From Felis catus (taxonomy: Eukaryota): a stretch of 64,000 nucleotides of DNA. The translations under genes were made by a program, and so were the position numbers. Positions 25,700 through 38,238 of the stretch are shown piece after piece. Below the pieces are notes generated by a model. That model worked only from the letters and a program-made list of their open reading frames with translations. It ran no database searches and was not told the DNA's origin. The stretch covers positions 1,612,001 through 1,676,000 of the forward strand of contig NC_058383.1 of the NCBI RefSeq assembly GCF_018350175.1, in the 5' to 3' direction. Numbering within the stretch: the stretch's first letter is position 1; each line of letters begins with the position of its first letter.

Positions 25700-25765
25700 C
25701 TGACAAGATTAGATTACTTGAATATTAATGACCTGCCTAATTAAGCTGCAATTAATAATCTCCCT
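25700..25765. promoter_or_regulatory. Candidate conserved enhancer core (dense TAAT cluster)
   Basis: tgacaagattagattacttgaatattaatgacctgcctaattaagctgcaattaataatctccc: many TAAT/ATTA cores in ~60 bp. Confidence 0.45.
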
Positions 25766-27949
25766 GGCCCAGGCTGAGCTCAGCAGGGGGCCGTGTGAGG
25801 AGTCAAGAGCCGGGAAAGGGGGGGGGGGGGGCTGAGGACTCAGGTGTCTGCGTTCCTGCCAACCCAGGGGGCTGTGCCCCTGCTCTGGGTCATTCAGCAG
25901 TTCCTCTGTCAAAGATGCAGAAGAAGCTCGCACCAGCTTTTCCCGCACGGGAAGGCGGCCGTCCCCGGCTAGCCCGATGGGCCCTTCTCTTCCCTCTTGC
26001 CAAAGCGGCCTTCCCATCACTGGTCCAGCCACCACCCCTGCCCACCCCTACCCACGGGGCACCTGCTCCGTCCGAGGGCTGCGCTCCACTCTGTAAGGCC
26101 CGCCCGGAGGCCACGTCCTGGGCACGGCAGATGGGAACCTGTCCGGGCCATCAGCGCCCTCCGTGTCATCTGTCAGGGGACTGGCCGCGTTCCTATAGGG
26201 TCCACTGGCCTGTGCTAACCCTGGGGTGCCGAGGGCAGGGGCCACCGTACGCAATTCTACCCTGTCTCTCGCCCGGCCACCCCGGCAGCACCGTGCGCAC
26301 AGCTAAAGGTCTGGGCAGGGGGAGAGCTGCCCGCTTAGAGGTGACAGGGCAGGCTGGCCTGTGAGGTCCAGGGTGGGGGGTGGCGATGTCGAGAGTACCT
26401 GCAGGTGTCGAGGCTTCTGCAATTGGTGGGAAGGTCACGGGTCACAGCCCAACAGCACTGGAGGCCGGGGGGGAACCTGGGGAGGGGGGAGGCACGTTTG
26501 CTGCCTCGTGACTTTGCTGACAACGCTGAGCCGTGCAGGCAAAAATAAACAAGCGGGGCCGCCAAAGAGGCGGCGTCTCATCACCACGCCCGGCTACGCG
26601 CCCACCACCCACTCGGCGGGTCTCGGCCATCGGTCTACCCGGTGCTTAAGCACCATCCACGAGGCGCCCGACTGCTCCACTGACACGCTCGCTGGGGCCG
26701 AGGCTGCTGCCGGGGAGGGGAGCAGCCTGTGGGGCTGGGGTCCCTGCCTAGGCTCACTATGTGGACAAATGCCTGGAAGGAGGCCACGGGTCACCGCCGG
26801 CGGCCCGCCCAGTGGAGTATCCCTGAGAGGGTCCCAGGAACGCCCACGCGCCCCGGACCCCTGCCAACCCTGGCAATGGCGTGGTCACCCCGTGCCGCGA
26901 GGAGGGCAGTGACCCACTGCTTCCTCACCCACACCCCCCGTCAGCCAGCCACCGCCGGGTGCAGCGGGGGACCTCTGGGCAACCCCCCGCTGCTGCCCAC
27001 CCCCTGGGCCCGTGAGCCTCCCGAATGCGGCCCTGGTCTCTGACCGCTGCCTCCGCCCGCCCCGCCATCCTCCCAACCCCCACCCGGAGCTTCGGTGCTG
27101 CTGGCGCTCACGGCCTTCGGGAGCCTGACTCCACAAGCCTTTTAGACCTCAGGCTTTATTTTTAGGCCACCTCCCCCTGCACAGGTTTTAGAGCCCGGGG
27201 GCGGGACAAGGGCATCTCCCCCTCCCTCGGGGCAACGGCTCCACCTGCTGGCCGGTTACTTGGGTCCCAAGTCCATTTATGGAAGCACCAGGATGGCCTG
27301 GGCCTCCTGCCCTCCTGTCCTCCCACGGACACCATGACCCGATTCGCTGGCATCATGACCCCACACTGTCCTGGCTGCAGCCCCTGAAGCCAGCCTTCGG
27401 GGAAGACGGGAACCGAGAGCCATAACGTGGGCACGCAGCTGTGCAAAGGCCTGGTCCACGCTGCCTCTCCAGACACCGGACACCTCCCATTCTGCAACCC
27501 CATCTGTCTGAAGAGGTTCCAGCACTTTCTGACCAGTCTCCACCTGTGCCGGCTGCTCCCGAGGCGGCTGCCCGGAGTCCCCCCATCTCTCGCGGGCTGG
27601 GCTCGGGCCTCCTGTGTCTAGTGTCGCTTCCTGGATCCCCCCCTCGTTTCATGGGTGCGCGTCCTCTGTGGCCTCGTGAGAAAGGGGGCGGTGAGGGGGC
27701 GCTCTCGGCACGCCACCCACGAGAAACCGAAATCAACACTCCCTGAGGGAGGCGTCGCAGACGCCCACGGCCTCTCGTTCCCTTAGCCTCTCCCCCTGCT
27801 TGCGTCCGTCCTTCTGTCCTACCATTCACTTAAACGCCCCAATCTGTAAGGTCCTTTGTTCAGGCCTTCATCTCACTCTTTGATGTTGTTAATTTCCAAA
27901 TGTTCACGTGCTTCCTCTTTGAAGATGTTTAAGTATTGTTTTCTAACAA

Positions 27950-28107
27950 TTATTTATCTTTGAGAGAGAAGGAGACACAGAATCCAAAGCAGGCTCCAGG
28001 CTCCGAGCTGTCAGCACAGCCCAGCGCGAGGCTCAAACCCAGGAACCGTGAGATCATGAACTGAGCCGAAGTCGGACGCTCAACCGACAGAGCCACCCAG
28101 GCGCCCC
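27950..28107 (-). mobile_element. Can-SINE, older, with shortened 3' CT region
   Basis: ggagacacagaatccaaagcaggctccaggctccgagctgtcagcac...gagccacccaggcgcccc is the reverse complement of the SINE head. Confidence 0.92.
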
Positions 28108-30116
28108 AAAATGTTTTTAAAGTACCGTATCCTCCTGTGTGTCTGCAGAGGTCCGTGGACAATCACCGGAGGCTTTCTCTTCCCCTGGTTGTGCTGCCCC
28201 CGCCCTCAGTGCCCGACCGCCCTGGGGCTCCTTCACAAGGAGGAGGGGGCTCCATGGGTCCCGCCGGGAAGGCCTGGTCGGGCCTCCGACGTTAGGGGAC
28301 TCCACGACAGAAGCCCACCCAGAGGGTGTTCCGGGGGGTGACGGGAGACAGAGGTGGGCTGGGGCGGGGGCCCCGGCACCCACGTGCACCCCTCTGTGTT
28401 GGCTCCAGGGCTCCCGTCCAGGGACTCTCTGTGAACCACTTCCCCCAGGGTTTCCAACCCAGCGGGCCTGGCACAGAGCCCGAGATCCCGGGCTCCTAAC
28501 CAGCTCTCAGGGAGGCCCTGCCCGCGTGGGGCCTGCTCGGTGGGACTCAGCGCTCCCAGAGAATTACCCTGGTTTTCGGTCTTCCGGGGGAGGGGCAAGT
28601 GCCTACCGGAAGGTGCCGGGTGGATGGCCTGGGGGGCCACGCTGTGTGACTACACCCTTCGGGGAGCACCGTTCATCCTCCTCCTCTCGGCCAGTCGCCC
28701 TCCCTCCCCCAGGACCTCTGGCCACCACATCTGGCCTTGGGGGCTCCGGGGGCACCGCTCAGACTGGCCCTGCCACTCCTCACCCTTCGACCACCCACAC
28801 ACCAGGCTCCCAGATTCCAAAGTCTGCTGTGGGATCATTTCTCTGGGGTTTACGTCCTCCTTGCAAATGAAAAAGCAAAACCCAAGACCTTCTCTACTGC
28901 AACTCCAGGAAGGGTGTCCGGGAGGGGACAGAGTAGATGCCACGTGCAACGGGCCGGCTCCACCCGGGTGCCTGCGGCCGGCACCAGCCGCCTCCTTGCC
29001 ACGCACCCTCCCCCCGCCACCGCTCTGCCCTGTCCGGCCTGGGCCTGGCTCCCCGGTCACCCCCATGATCTGTCAGAGGGGCTGGCCAACGGCCTCCCAT
29101 CCGCTGAGGCCGCAGGCACCTGTCTCAGCGCCCTGGCCCGTGTGCGAGCGACTGTCCCCGTGCGGAGTGCCACTCTCGTTCGTCAGGAGTGCGGCACACC
29201 TCACCGGGCAGACGGATGACCTATCACGTCACGAGGGGAACAGTCACCTGAACGCAATCCGAGTCTGGACCTTCGGCTCTTGAATTTGTCAAGGACACAG
29301 ACAGCTCGACACAGGACGAACTTTCTCAGCTGAGAAACATGAGAAAGACCAGGTGGCGGCCAGGGCCCTGCCACCGCCATGGGGAGGAGATGACCCGAGT
29401 GAAAAGGAGGGGCGGGCGCAGCACACAGGAAGGGCACCTCAGAAACACGGGAGGGAGGTGTCGCGGCAACTGCCGCCTGGCCCTACGGTACGGACGGCCC
29501 GGTGACCTCGGCAGGGCTGTGCCAGGAAGGGCCGGGCGGGGGCCCCTCGCCCGGCCCGGGGTACCCACGGGGCCCGACTGTGTGCAGTAGCCCCGGGCAG
29601 ACTGGGCTCCCAAACGCTCCCTGCCTTTGCCGGCGGGCCCTTCTGTGCACTTGTGGGGCGGCTCCAGTGTGGGACACGGCGGGAACGGGAGGGTCACTTC
29701 CTTGCATGGGTGGTGGCGAGCCGTGCGCTTGGGGGCCGTTACCCTGAGGTGCGGAGCTGCAGAGCGCGAGCGAGGCCGCGTTAGGACAGGCAGCCTCCTG
29801 CACCTGCGCCCCCCGCGCCCGGCCACCGCCGGCCTCTGTGCAGACGCCTCTGGGTTCTGTGAAAGGTATTCAGACCCGTGAAAGCCGGTCCCCATTGCCG
29901 GAGTGGTGGATTTACTCATGATTAACCGGACACGTATAACCTGGAACACGGCATTAGTCTGCGTGAGGGGAGGCTGCACACAGTTGAGCCACGCGTTTCC
30001 CCACTGCTGCCCGAGTCACCTCCCGGGGCGACCCGCGGCACGCAGGACGCTCGGTCCCAGGCCCTCCCGCGGCCCACTGCCCACGGGATGGCGCACGGAC
30101 GGGGGGCGATGCCTAC

Positions 30117-30324
30117 CTGCCACCTCCTTGGACGAGGGCAGACCCGCGGCGGCCTCCAGGTCGGCGGGGACGGGGCCGCCCCGCTCCAGGGCACGCACGA
30201 GCTCCCGCAGCCGCTCACACTCCTCCTGCAGCCGGGCCTGGTCCTCGCGGAGCCTCTGCTTCGCCGCGCTGGCCGGGTTCATGCTCATGTGCAGCACCTT
30301 GGTTTTGCTCTGGTCGTAGCCGCC
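30117..30324 (-). CDS. MAD1L1: MAD1L1 coding exon (human exon 17 equivalent) with MAD2-interaction motif
   Basis: Acceptor gtcccgcag|GGC, donor GCAG|gtaggc, 208 nt. Encodes [69 protein letters not shown] plus one G. The KVLHMSMNP motif is at 30274-30300. Confidence 0.97.
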
Positions 30325-31119
30325 CTGCGGGACCACAGGGCAGGTCAGCACGGCCGGGACCCGTGAGTGCGAGGACAGGGACCGCCGTGCCCCGCCCCGG
30401 GCCTCTGGGCCCTGATCGTGCACCGGGAGCGGCGGTAAGTTATAACCGGGGAAAACCCAGGGAAACCTGCGAGACGGCCCTCTGGAACGCTGCAGGTGCC
30501 CGGGCCTCAAAGTCCCCTCCGGCTTCTCACACGGCAGTTGTAAAAGCAAACCGGGGAGTGGGGGGGACATCCCAAAAGTGCTACACTTTCATAACGCTCT
30601 GCCGACAAATGTCCCAAAGACTGGGGGCCCTTGCTCCCACACGCCCTGCTGGCTCAAGGTCTGCAGATTAAAAAATGAACACAAAACTCAGAGATAATCT
30701 GTGAGGAGAGCTCAGAGTCGCCACATGGCTGGGCCCCGTGTCCCTGTCACCGACACCCCAAGGGCCCCAGCCCTCACCGACACACCAGTGTGGATGCTGG
30801 CCTCGCTCGCTGGGAGAGACACCCGTCTATGAACGTCTCCAAATGCAACCACCCGAGTCTATAGTAAACTGAGCCCCCGTGTGCACGGACGTCCTGTCCC
30901 CACCTCCACCACCCGCCACGACACGGCCCAGCCCGGCCCTCACCCAGTTCGGGTCTGGCACCTGCGTGCAGCGGGACAGAAGCGGCGGGCCCTCGCGCTG
31001 CCGGTCTGCAGCCTCGAGGATTCCCGGGTGCAGAGGCCGGCCCCTCCCCCACCCACACACTCTAGGGTGGTTGTTCTCCCACATCCCGGAGTCTGCCTCG
31101 AGCCCTGGCCTGGATGCTT

Positions 31120-31490
31120 CTAAAGTCACACACACACCGATGTTCACCGTGCGCTGTAAGTTCAAGGGGCTCTGGCAAATGCAGGCACGAGTCCAGCAGT
31201 GCGGCATCACTGCCTGGCTCTTCTGGACACCGTAGGCCAGAGGCTTTTCAAACCGGCTTCTTTTGCTCTGCGACACTTAGCAACACGCACTGCAGGTTCC
31301 ACCACGCCTTTTGGCGGCCTGCTAACCCATTTCCGTGCAGCGCTGAGTGACATCCCCTTGTACGGACACGCCAGCTCGGGGGTCCACTCACTTCCAAGGG
31401 ACGCCTCAGGAGCTTCCGGTTTCGGCAGTTGCGGAGAGAGCTGCTACGGGTGGTCATGTGCGGGTTCTGTGTGGACACGGGTTTTCCAAC
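31120..31490 (-). mobile_element. L1MC-like 3' UTR fragment, GC-shifted
   Basis: cacttagcaacacgcactgcaggttccaccacgcc...gctgagtgacatccccttgtacggacacgcc...gtgcgggttctgtgtggacacgggttttc. Confidence 0.6.
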
Positions 31491-32084
31491 GACCGCACCC
31501 AGCTCCGCTGGGGTCCTGGAGCCCCCGGACGCCCCACGGGAGAACACTCGCTCGGCCGGCAGGCCCACCTTGAGGCCCTCTCTGCTGCTCCTGCCTGCCC
31601 TCCAGCTGCTGCCCCTCGGAGTAGCTCCCGCCCTGGGGAGTGGAACCCCCTCGGTCTGACCCCGGAAACCAGTGCGAGGTGGCCCCGTGACCTGGGCAAG
31701 GCCAATCATCTCCCTGAAGTTTTCTCTTCAGGAACTGGGAAAGAAGCTTCCTCTTTCCTGTCCCGCAGCTGGGACATCGAAGGCCTCGCCGTCTTCCACG
31801 TCCCGTCTCTTCCCTGTTGGCCTGGAAGAGGCCCGCCCGCCACGGAGAGACAAGATCAGCTACGCAGAGACGGAGAGCGAACGAGGCCCGGCACCAGTAC
31901 GGAATGACCCACCCAGGGCCCAGATGAGCCACGCGGCCCGCGGCCGTCCCGCACGGCCGTGAGACCATCTGGCAGACGCCATGCGACGCCACGGTACAGT
32001 CTGCGGCGGCGGCGACCGCAAGCCACTGACGCACGGAGACCGGGAGAAAGGGTGGCGTGGGGTCAACGGGATGATGACCTCACA

Positions 32085-32990
32085 GAACACAAAAATGACG
32101 ATGCCTAAGCGATGGCAAATTTACACACAAAAGGCAAACCAAAGCGGGTTCAGAAGAAAACAGAAGAGAACGCCACAGCCTTAGAGTAGACAGAGGTTTC
32201 TGAAACAAGGTTGTGAAGGTGCTGACCTCACGTGAAAATGCAAGCACACGGGCCTCAGAGAAAACGAGACCTTCCGGTCACCAAGAGTAAGAGGGCGGCT
32301 GGCACAAAAGCTGACACGGGACTCACACCCAGGATACCTAAAGAGCTCCTGCAAACAAGAAAGAGAGGCAGACAATCCAATTTTCAAAATGGGCAAAAAA
32401 CGTGAACAGACACTTGACAAAAGAACATGTCCGAGAGGCCGGCAAAAAGTGAAATGGAGCTCAAGTTAATCATCCGAGCAAAGCCAATTAAAACGGCCCA
32501 GAGATGCCCGAGCTCCTCCCCCACACCCACGGCACCGAACAGACGGGAACGGCATCAAGGGCACAGAGCGGCCAGAGCTGATCCCGGTGAGGACGGGAAC
32601 TGGCGAGGCGCCCTGGGAAGGCCACGTGGCAGTGTAGCTCCTCCCTCCCGAGCGTGACGCCTACGGCCTCGTGCAAACGTCCACGGGGAGTCAGGCACCG
32701 ACAGGTCCCCACGGGGAAGAGCACCCATCTGCAGGAACGAGCACCTACAGACACAAACAACGATGGGGTTGGGCATCACCAACAACGCCGAGCAGAAAGA
32801 GTCAGACGCGGCGGAGGCTCAGCCCACGAAAGCAGACCAGAGCACTCTGTGCCGCTGGAGGCCAGGAGGACCGCCTGGGGCTGTGGTTGGGGCAGCAGGG
32901 GGCCCCTGAGGTGTTTGTGCTGCTCTGTTTCCTGCTCTGGATGCTGGTCACCAGTGTGGACAGTTGACGAAAATGCCCTTCTGGTGTCCT
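32085..32990 (+). mobile_element. Old L1 3' remnant
   Basis: cccaggatacctaaagagctcctgcaa...caatccaattttcaaaatgggcaaaaaacgtgaacagacacttgacaaaagaa. Confidence 0.7.
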
Positions 32991-33099
32991 GCCCAGCGGC
33001 TGTGATGAAAACGTGCGCCTGGACACAAGGACCATCCAGATACTCACGGGGAACTGACTGCTCGACTCCACCAGGGTTCACCCATGCTCAGCAACAAGG

Positions 33100-33576
33100 C
33101 CAGACACACACACAGGTGCACACACGTGCACACTCACATTGTGCCCACAGATATGCACGTGCACACAGTGTGCACACGGATACACGCTCATGTGCACATT
33201 CACACACACGTACCCATAGACACACATGTGCATACCCACACGTGTACACAGGTATGCTCGTTCAGATACATATGAATACACAGATTCACATATGCACACA
33301 CATGCACACGGACACATGCACACTCACACGCACGTGTGTATGCACACACATTCACACGCATATGTGTGCACCACATATGCGTGCATACACACATGCACAG
33401 ATACACACTCGCGTGCACACATACTCCTAGCACACACACACACACACTCACACACACGTATACACTGACAAGGGCACACACACACGGATGCATGCGTTCA
33501 TATACGTACGCAAATATACACACGCATCCACACGCACACACGGATGGGCATGTGACACACAGACTTACACACACGT
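33100..33576. repeat. Degenerate (CA)n/(CATG/CATA) low-complexity block
   Basis: ~480 bp of cacacac/catgcac/tacacac repeats. Confidence 0.9.
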
Positions 33577-33842
33577 GTCCAAAGGTCAGAGAACCCCAAG
33601 GGGAAGGCGGGCTTGAGTCCCTTGCCCTGGTGCTGCTGGGTCTCCACTGTCTGTGGAGTCTGACTCAGACCCTGATGACCCCGAGCCAGCCTGGGGGGGG
33701 GTCTCACCTCTTCCCCCCTCGTGCCCCTGGACCTGCTGAGAGCAGCCCTGGTTTTTCGGCCAGCGTGGAGAATGTGTCTAAATGACCCGTCCGGTGTCCT
33801 GAGCCAGTAAAGGCAGGGCAGGAGCTGGGTCCGAGGCCCCTC

Positions 33843-33887
33843 CCTCTGGGACGCCCCCCCGGGACGCCCCCTCTGGGACGCCCCCCG
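33843..33887. repeat. Short gggacgccccc tandem repeat
   Basis: Three copies of gggacgccccc, two preceded by cctct. Confidence 0.75.
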
Positions 33888-36174
33888 TGCCCTCCCATCT
33901 ACAAGGCTCCTGAGGGCTCAGGCATCAAGAGATGCCCTTCCTGGAAGACGCTGCCGTCTCCTCACTCAGGAGGGACATTTGTGGGGTCACAGCAAGAGCC
34001 ACGCCTCTCTGGTGTCCCTGACAAGGACAGGGGCCGCCGTAGGGCAAGGGAGGGAGAGGGCCGTCTCGAAGTTCTCACACCTGCTGGAGCAGAGAACTGC
34101 CGTCAGGTGGCGGAAGGCCCGTACCCATTCTGGGATGGGCACTCTGGGAGGCTGGCATCTCCTGAGCAGACGGGTAGGAGGCCGCCGACCCCGGGAGCCC
34201 ACCCCGATTCTGTAAGTGAGGGACCTGGGCCAGCCGAACACACTGTGGCCCGTCTCCCTTTCCGCTCAATATGCGGTGATTTTTCCTCTCTCTCCGACAG
34301 CCCCATCTTCCGCCGCTTTTGTGAGTCCTGCCCACACGTCTCTCCTCGCTTTTCCAGGGACAGCGGGTGGGGGGGGGGAGGGCGGGGGACGGCATCCTTT
34401 ATTCTGAGCATCTCGCTCCCCGGGGAAGCAGGCTGGCCGCGGACACATTCATTAAGTGCAGCAGGGCCCGCACACGAGCTTGAGCTGCCGTGGCGCGGTC
34501 CCACTGAGTCACTGAAGGACAGTGAGGCCACCGTGGTGCCTGGGGAGGGGCCGGCCCAGAAGCCACAGAATGTGCCCCGAAAGGAGAGGCAGGAGGGGAT
34601 GGGGAAGGAATGGCAGGATCCTCCCCGTCCTGGGTGCCACCTCCAGAAAGTAAAACAACTTCCTGGGGTCGCTGGCACACGGGAGGGCAGCCACAAGCCC
34701 CCTCAGAGACAGGAGAGCTTTGGCCACAGATGCAGCGTCACCAGCCGTGGCCCCCTCGGACCCTCTCGTCTGGCATCACCTCAGAGAGAGGCCGGGGCGG
34801 GGGGGGATGGCACAGCGCGGTGAGGCCTAGACACGGCTGTCCGCATGAGCCCGTGGGGAAGGCGCCGAGAAGGGAGGACTAGGGGCTCTTTATGGGTTTC
34901 TGAGAACCTTGTAAAAGCCTCAGAGAATAAAGAGACATCCTGTAGCTCCGTCTGAATCACAGACTCTCCGGGTGGGAAGGCAGCGTTACTCCCTTCGATT
35001 TTAACACTCTGGGAAAGATAACCGTGAGCGTGAAATCCATCGGCCCGGTGCAGCCCGGCAGAGGCCCTGTGGCAGCAGACAGGCCAGCAGCTTGCTTTCT
35101 GGGCCTCTGCGGGCTGGGGTGGGGGGACCCATCATTCACACAGGAGGCAAGCAGGCAGTGAGGGATGGGCCAGGGGGCAGGCAGGGCAGGCCTGTTACTA
35201 GCCTCCATCCGCCAGCCAGCTCTGCGTCCGTGCGGGGCCCCGGGAGTGGAGTCCTGCAAAACCACAGACCAGCTCCCGTGTCCCCAGACGCTGCTCTTCC
35301 TTTGGTTTTCCTTCAACCCTTCAAAAATGTAAGAACAAAGACGGGTCGGCAGGCCTCGGGCCCAGGCCCACCCCTGCTGAGCCAGAGGGTCAAGCTCCTC
35401 CTTCCCTCGGCCACCAGGCAGAGGCTCTCCTGGGCCCGAGACAGGATGAGACCGCTAACACCCGAAAGGAGGCGGGTGCAGGTGAATCGGGTGACCCGGT
35501 GCCTGGACATCCCGGGCCCGGGGTGGGATGCTGTCCTGGAGGCGCCGAACCCAGGGGAACAGGAAGGAGAAGACCGCTCCCCGCCGGGACCAGGGGTTCC
35601 GAGCAGCAGCCTGCGGGGAGGACCCTCCCTCGATGGGGAAGGGCTGATGGTACAAACGAGGTCGGGGACTTCCGGAACCCGCAGGGCTTCGCCAGGCGAG
35701 AGCAGACAGGGGGCGGAGGCAAAGCGGAGAAACTCTTACAGGTGTCATGAGTCGGGACAGATGGCCCTCTGGCTACAGGGGTCAAGGTGAGCAGGCCAGG
35801 CACCAGGAGGCCACGGCCCTGGCATTCACAGCGAGAAAGGCTCTGTGGGCTTGGTGCCCAAGCTCTCGGCCACGGCACCAGTCACCCCCTGGTGGGGGAC
35901 GAGCTGCAAAAGCTCTCACTCCCCGTGGCCCTGGCCACAGGGGGCAGGATCGCCGCTGACCCCAGACGGTGGTCGGTGGCCCACGGGGTCCCGCCAGGAT
36001 GGCCGTCCTGACGGGCTGACTGCAGAGCCCAGCGCAGGAGGCCAGTGTCATGTGAGAACACAGATCCCCTGCGGCCTGGCTTCCGCCCTGGGGGTGGAGG
36101 GGGGCACCTGTGTCACCGAGGCAGCACCCGTGGCCAGCACCATGGTGAGTTTTGCTGCCGCCGCACTGCGCCCC

Positions 36175-36315
36175 CCAGCCCTGGGCTCCCTCACCTGAGA
36201 AATGGGGAATGCCGAGGACGGACCGGGCGACGCGTGTTCAAACCCTCATAGACCGTAAAGCCCCGCACTGACGGAGCCATTTCTTAGCACGTGGGAAGCA
36301 GCCGAGGCGCTCAGG
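36175..36315 (+). mobile_element. MIR relic
   Basis: ctgggctccctcacctgagaaatggggaat resembles cagtttcctcatctgtaaaatgggaat; later cttagcacg. Confidence 0.45.
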
Positions 36316-37139
36316 ACACCGGGTAACGAAGAGGGAAGGTCTCCGGGGCCCTCCGTGGGGATGAGACCCGTCTGCAGACGTGAAGGCCACGGCCAGACTC
36401 CCCGGGCGCGGGATTAGCCTCTGCCCCTTCCCCGTGGCCCGTGTGGGGCTGTAAGGACCTGGTGGGGTGGGGCGGGTGGGACAGGGAAGGGGGCCACGGT
36501 CCACGCCCCAGGGCTCGCCCCTGCACTGCGACAGGCCTGCCGAGGACAGCCGTCAGCTGTGCGTGCCGCGTCTGCCAGCCCTGGGTCCCGGGGAGTGAGC
36601 GCCCCAACCCGGCCGGCCCTGCAGAATCAGGCCGTGAGGACATCACACGGCCTGTGGCCAATCAGCCCCGGGCATGCGAGCCCACAAGGCTTCTTGCCTC
36701 TTCACGGTCACAGTGACAAGTGAAGGCGCGGCCTGCTGGCACCACTCGGTCTGCCCTGCTCCCGCCTGAGGACTAGCACCCAAGTCAGAGCCCCATTTCT
36801 GGGACCAGCCCCAGGATGTGGGGGACGTGCCTCTGTGCGCAAAACCCGCCCCTCCCTACCGTGGGGGGCAGGCTGCTCCCGGGGAGACCAAGCCTGAGCC
36901 CCCCGCCCCCCCCGGACAAACGGCGGCCACGGGGAGGCCGGCGATCCCATCTGTGCGCCCACCGCCCCCCAGACCCTCCCCGTGAAGTCGGCCTCGGCCC
37001 CCAGGTCAGCGCGGTGCGCCCGAGGGCTGAGCGTGCGCGCGTCCAGCCTGCCCTCTTCTGACGCACCCGTGGCGGCACGTGCTCTCTGCCGGAAGCTGCA
37101 CCTGCTGGAAGCTGGCGACGGCACCCGGGGGAGACCAGC

Positions 37140-37231
37140 ACAGTCACCCAGACACCAGCGAGAACAAGGTGGCTGCTGTTTCAGGCTGCTAAGTTTTGGG
37201 GTGTTTGCCACAAAGCAACTGGGAAATGACA
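37140..37231 (+). mobile_element. MLT1-family LTR 3' fragment
   Basis: ggctgctgtttcaggctgctaagttttggggtgtttgccacaaagcaa resembles the MLT1 3' end tgttgttttaagccactaagttttggggtagtttgttacgcagcaa. Confidence 0.55.
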
Positions 37232-38238
37232 CGGTCTCTAGAGAGGAGGCTAGAGGAGAAAGGAGCCGGGCACCCAGGGCGTCCCGGTCCCCGCCCGGCG
37301 GACGGCAGGCTCCCTGGGAGGCTCCGGGCCGAGGCTTTTGGGTTCTGCACGCATCAATAAGAACAAGGCCAGAGGTCGTGCTCCAACCTGGGTCACCAGA
37401 ATGACAAGACAGTGCACCGTCGACCTCCACCCCATCCTGATTATGGAGGGGAAGTAGGGGGACTCACACCGGCTGGGGGTGGGCAGCACAGGCCTCCCCA
37501 AGATGCAGGGGTGAGGGGCCACATCGCAGCACCAGGGACAAGGTGCCCGGACCACCGTGCAGGCCCTGCTCCGCCCCGCCGGTGGTCACGGTCCATCCTT
37601 GACAAACCCTCGTTTTAGGGGAACAGGCAGAGAGCAGGTCAGGGGACAGAGGCTAGGGCCCCGATGGCTGGGGCAGGCGAGGCTCCTTCCCTCGGGCCCC
37701 CTGGTGGATCGCTCTCCTGTTTTCTGGAGGTGTGTACCGTGCAGGCCAGCTGGGAGGGGGCAGAAAGTGAGTATTCAGGTCGGTGGCCACACAGCCTATT
37801 ATCATTGTGACGTGGGGCGGCCACAGACCTGCATAAACTGACGGGCCCCACCACGTCTCAAGAAAGCTCTATTTGCCAAAACAAGCAGCTGGCGGGACCT
37901 GGCCCGTGGGCTCTGGCTCGCTGACCTTGGCTGGAAAGAGTCTGAGCAGGAGGCCGGGAGGAGGATAAAGCCCGCCCACGGGGAGGCGCTGGGGGATGTG
38001 AGGCAGGCAGCACCAAGGCCAGTCCAGAGGCTGGCATCCAGGGCGCCCGGGGGCCAGGGACAGGCGGCAGCCTCGCCCCCTTCCTGTCCCCAGAGCACCG
38101 AGAGCAGTAGGGAGCAAACATCGCCGGCAGGGATTAAGGACGCAAATAGGCGGCCGTCGACCGGAGGACATGACCTGTGAGGATGGCCAGACCCAGCAGG
38201 TGCACATGTGGACCTCGTCTCCCCAATCTCAGCTGCTT

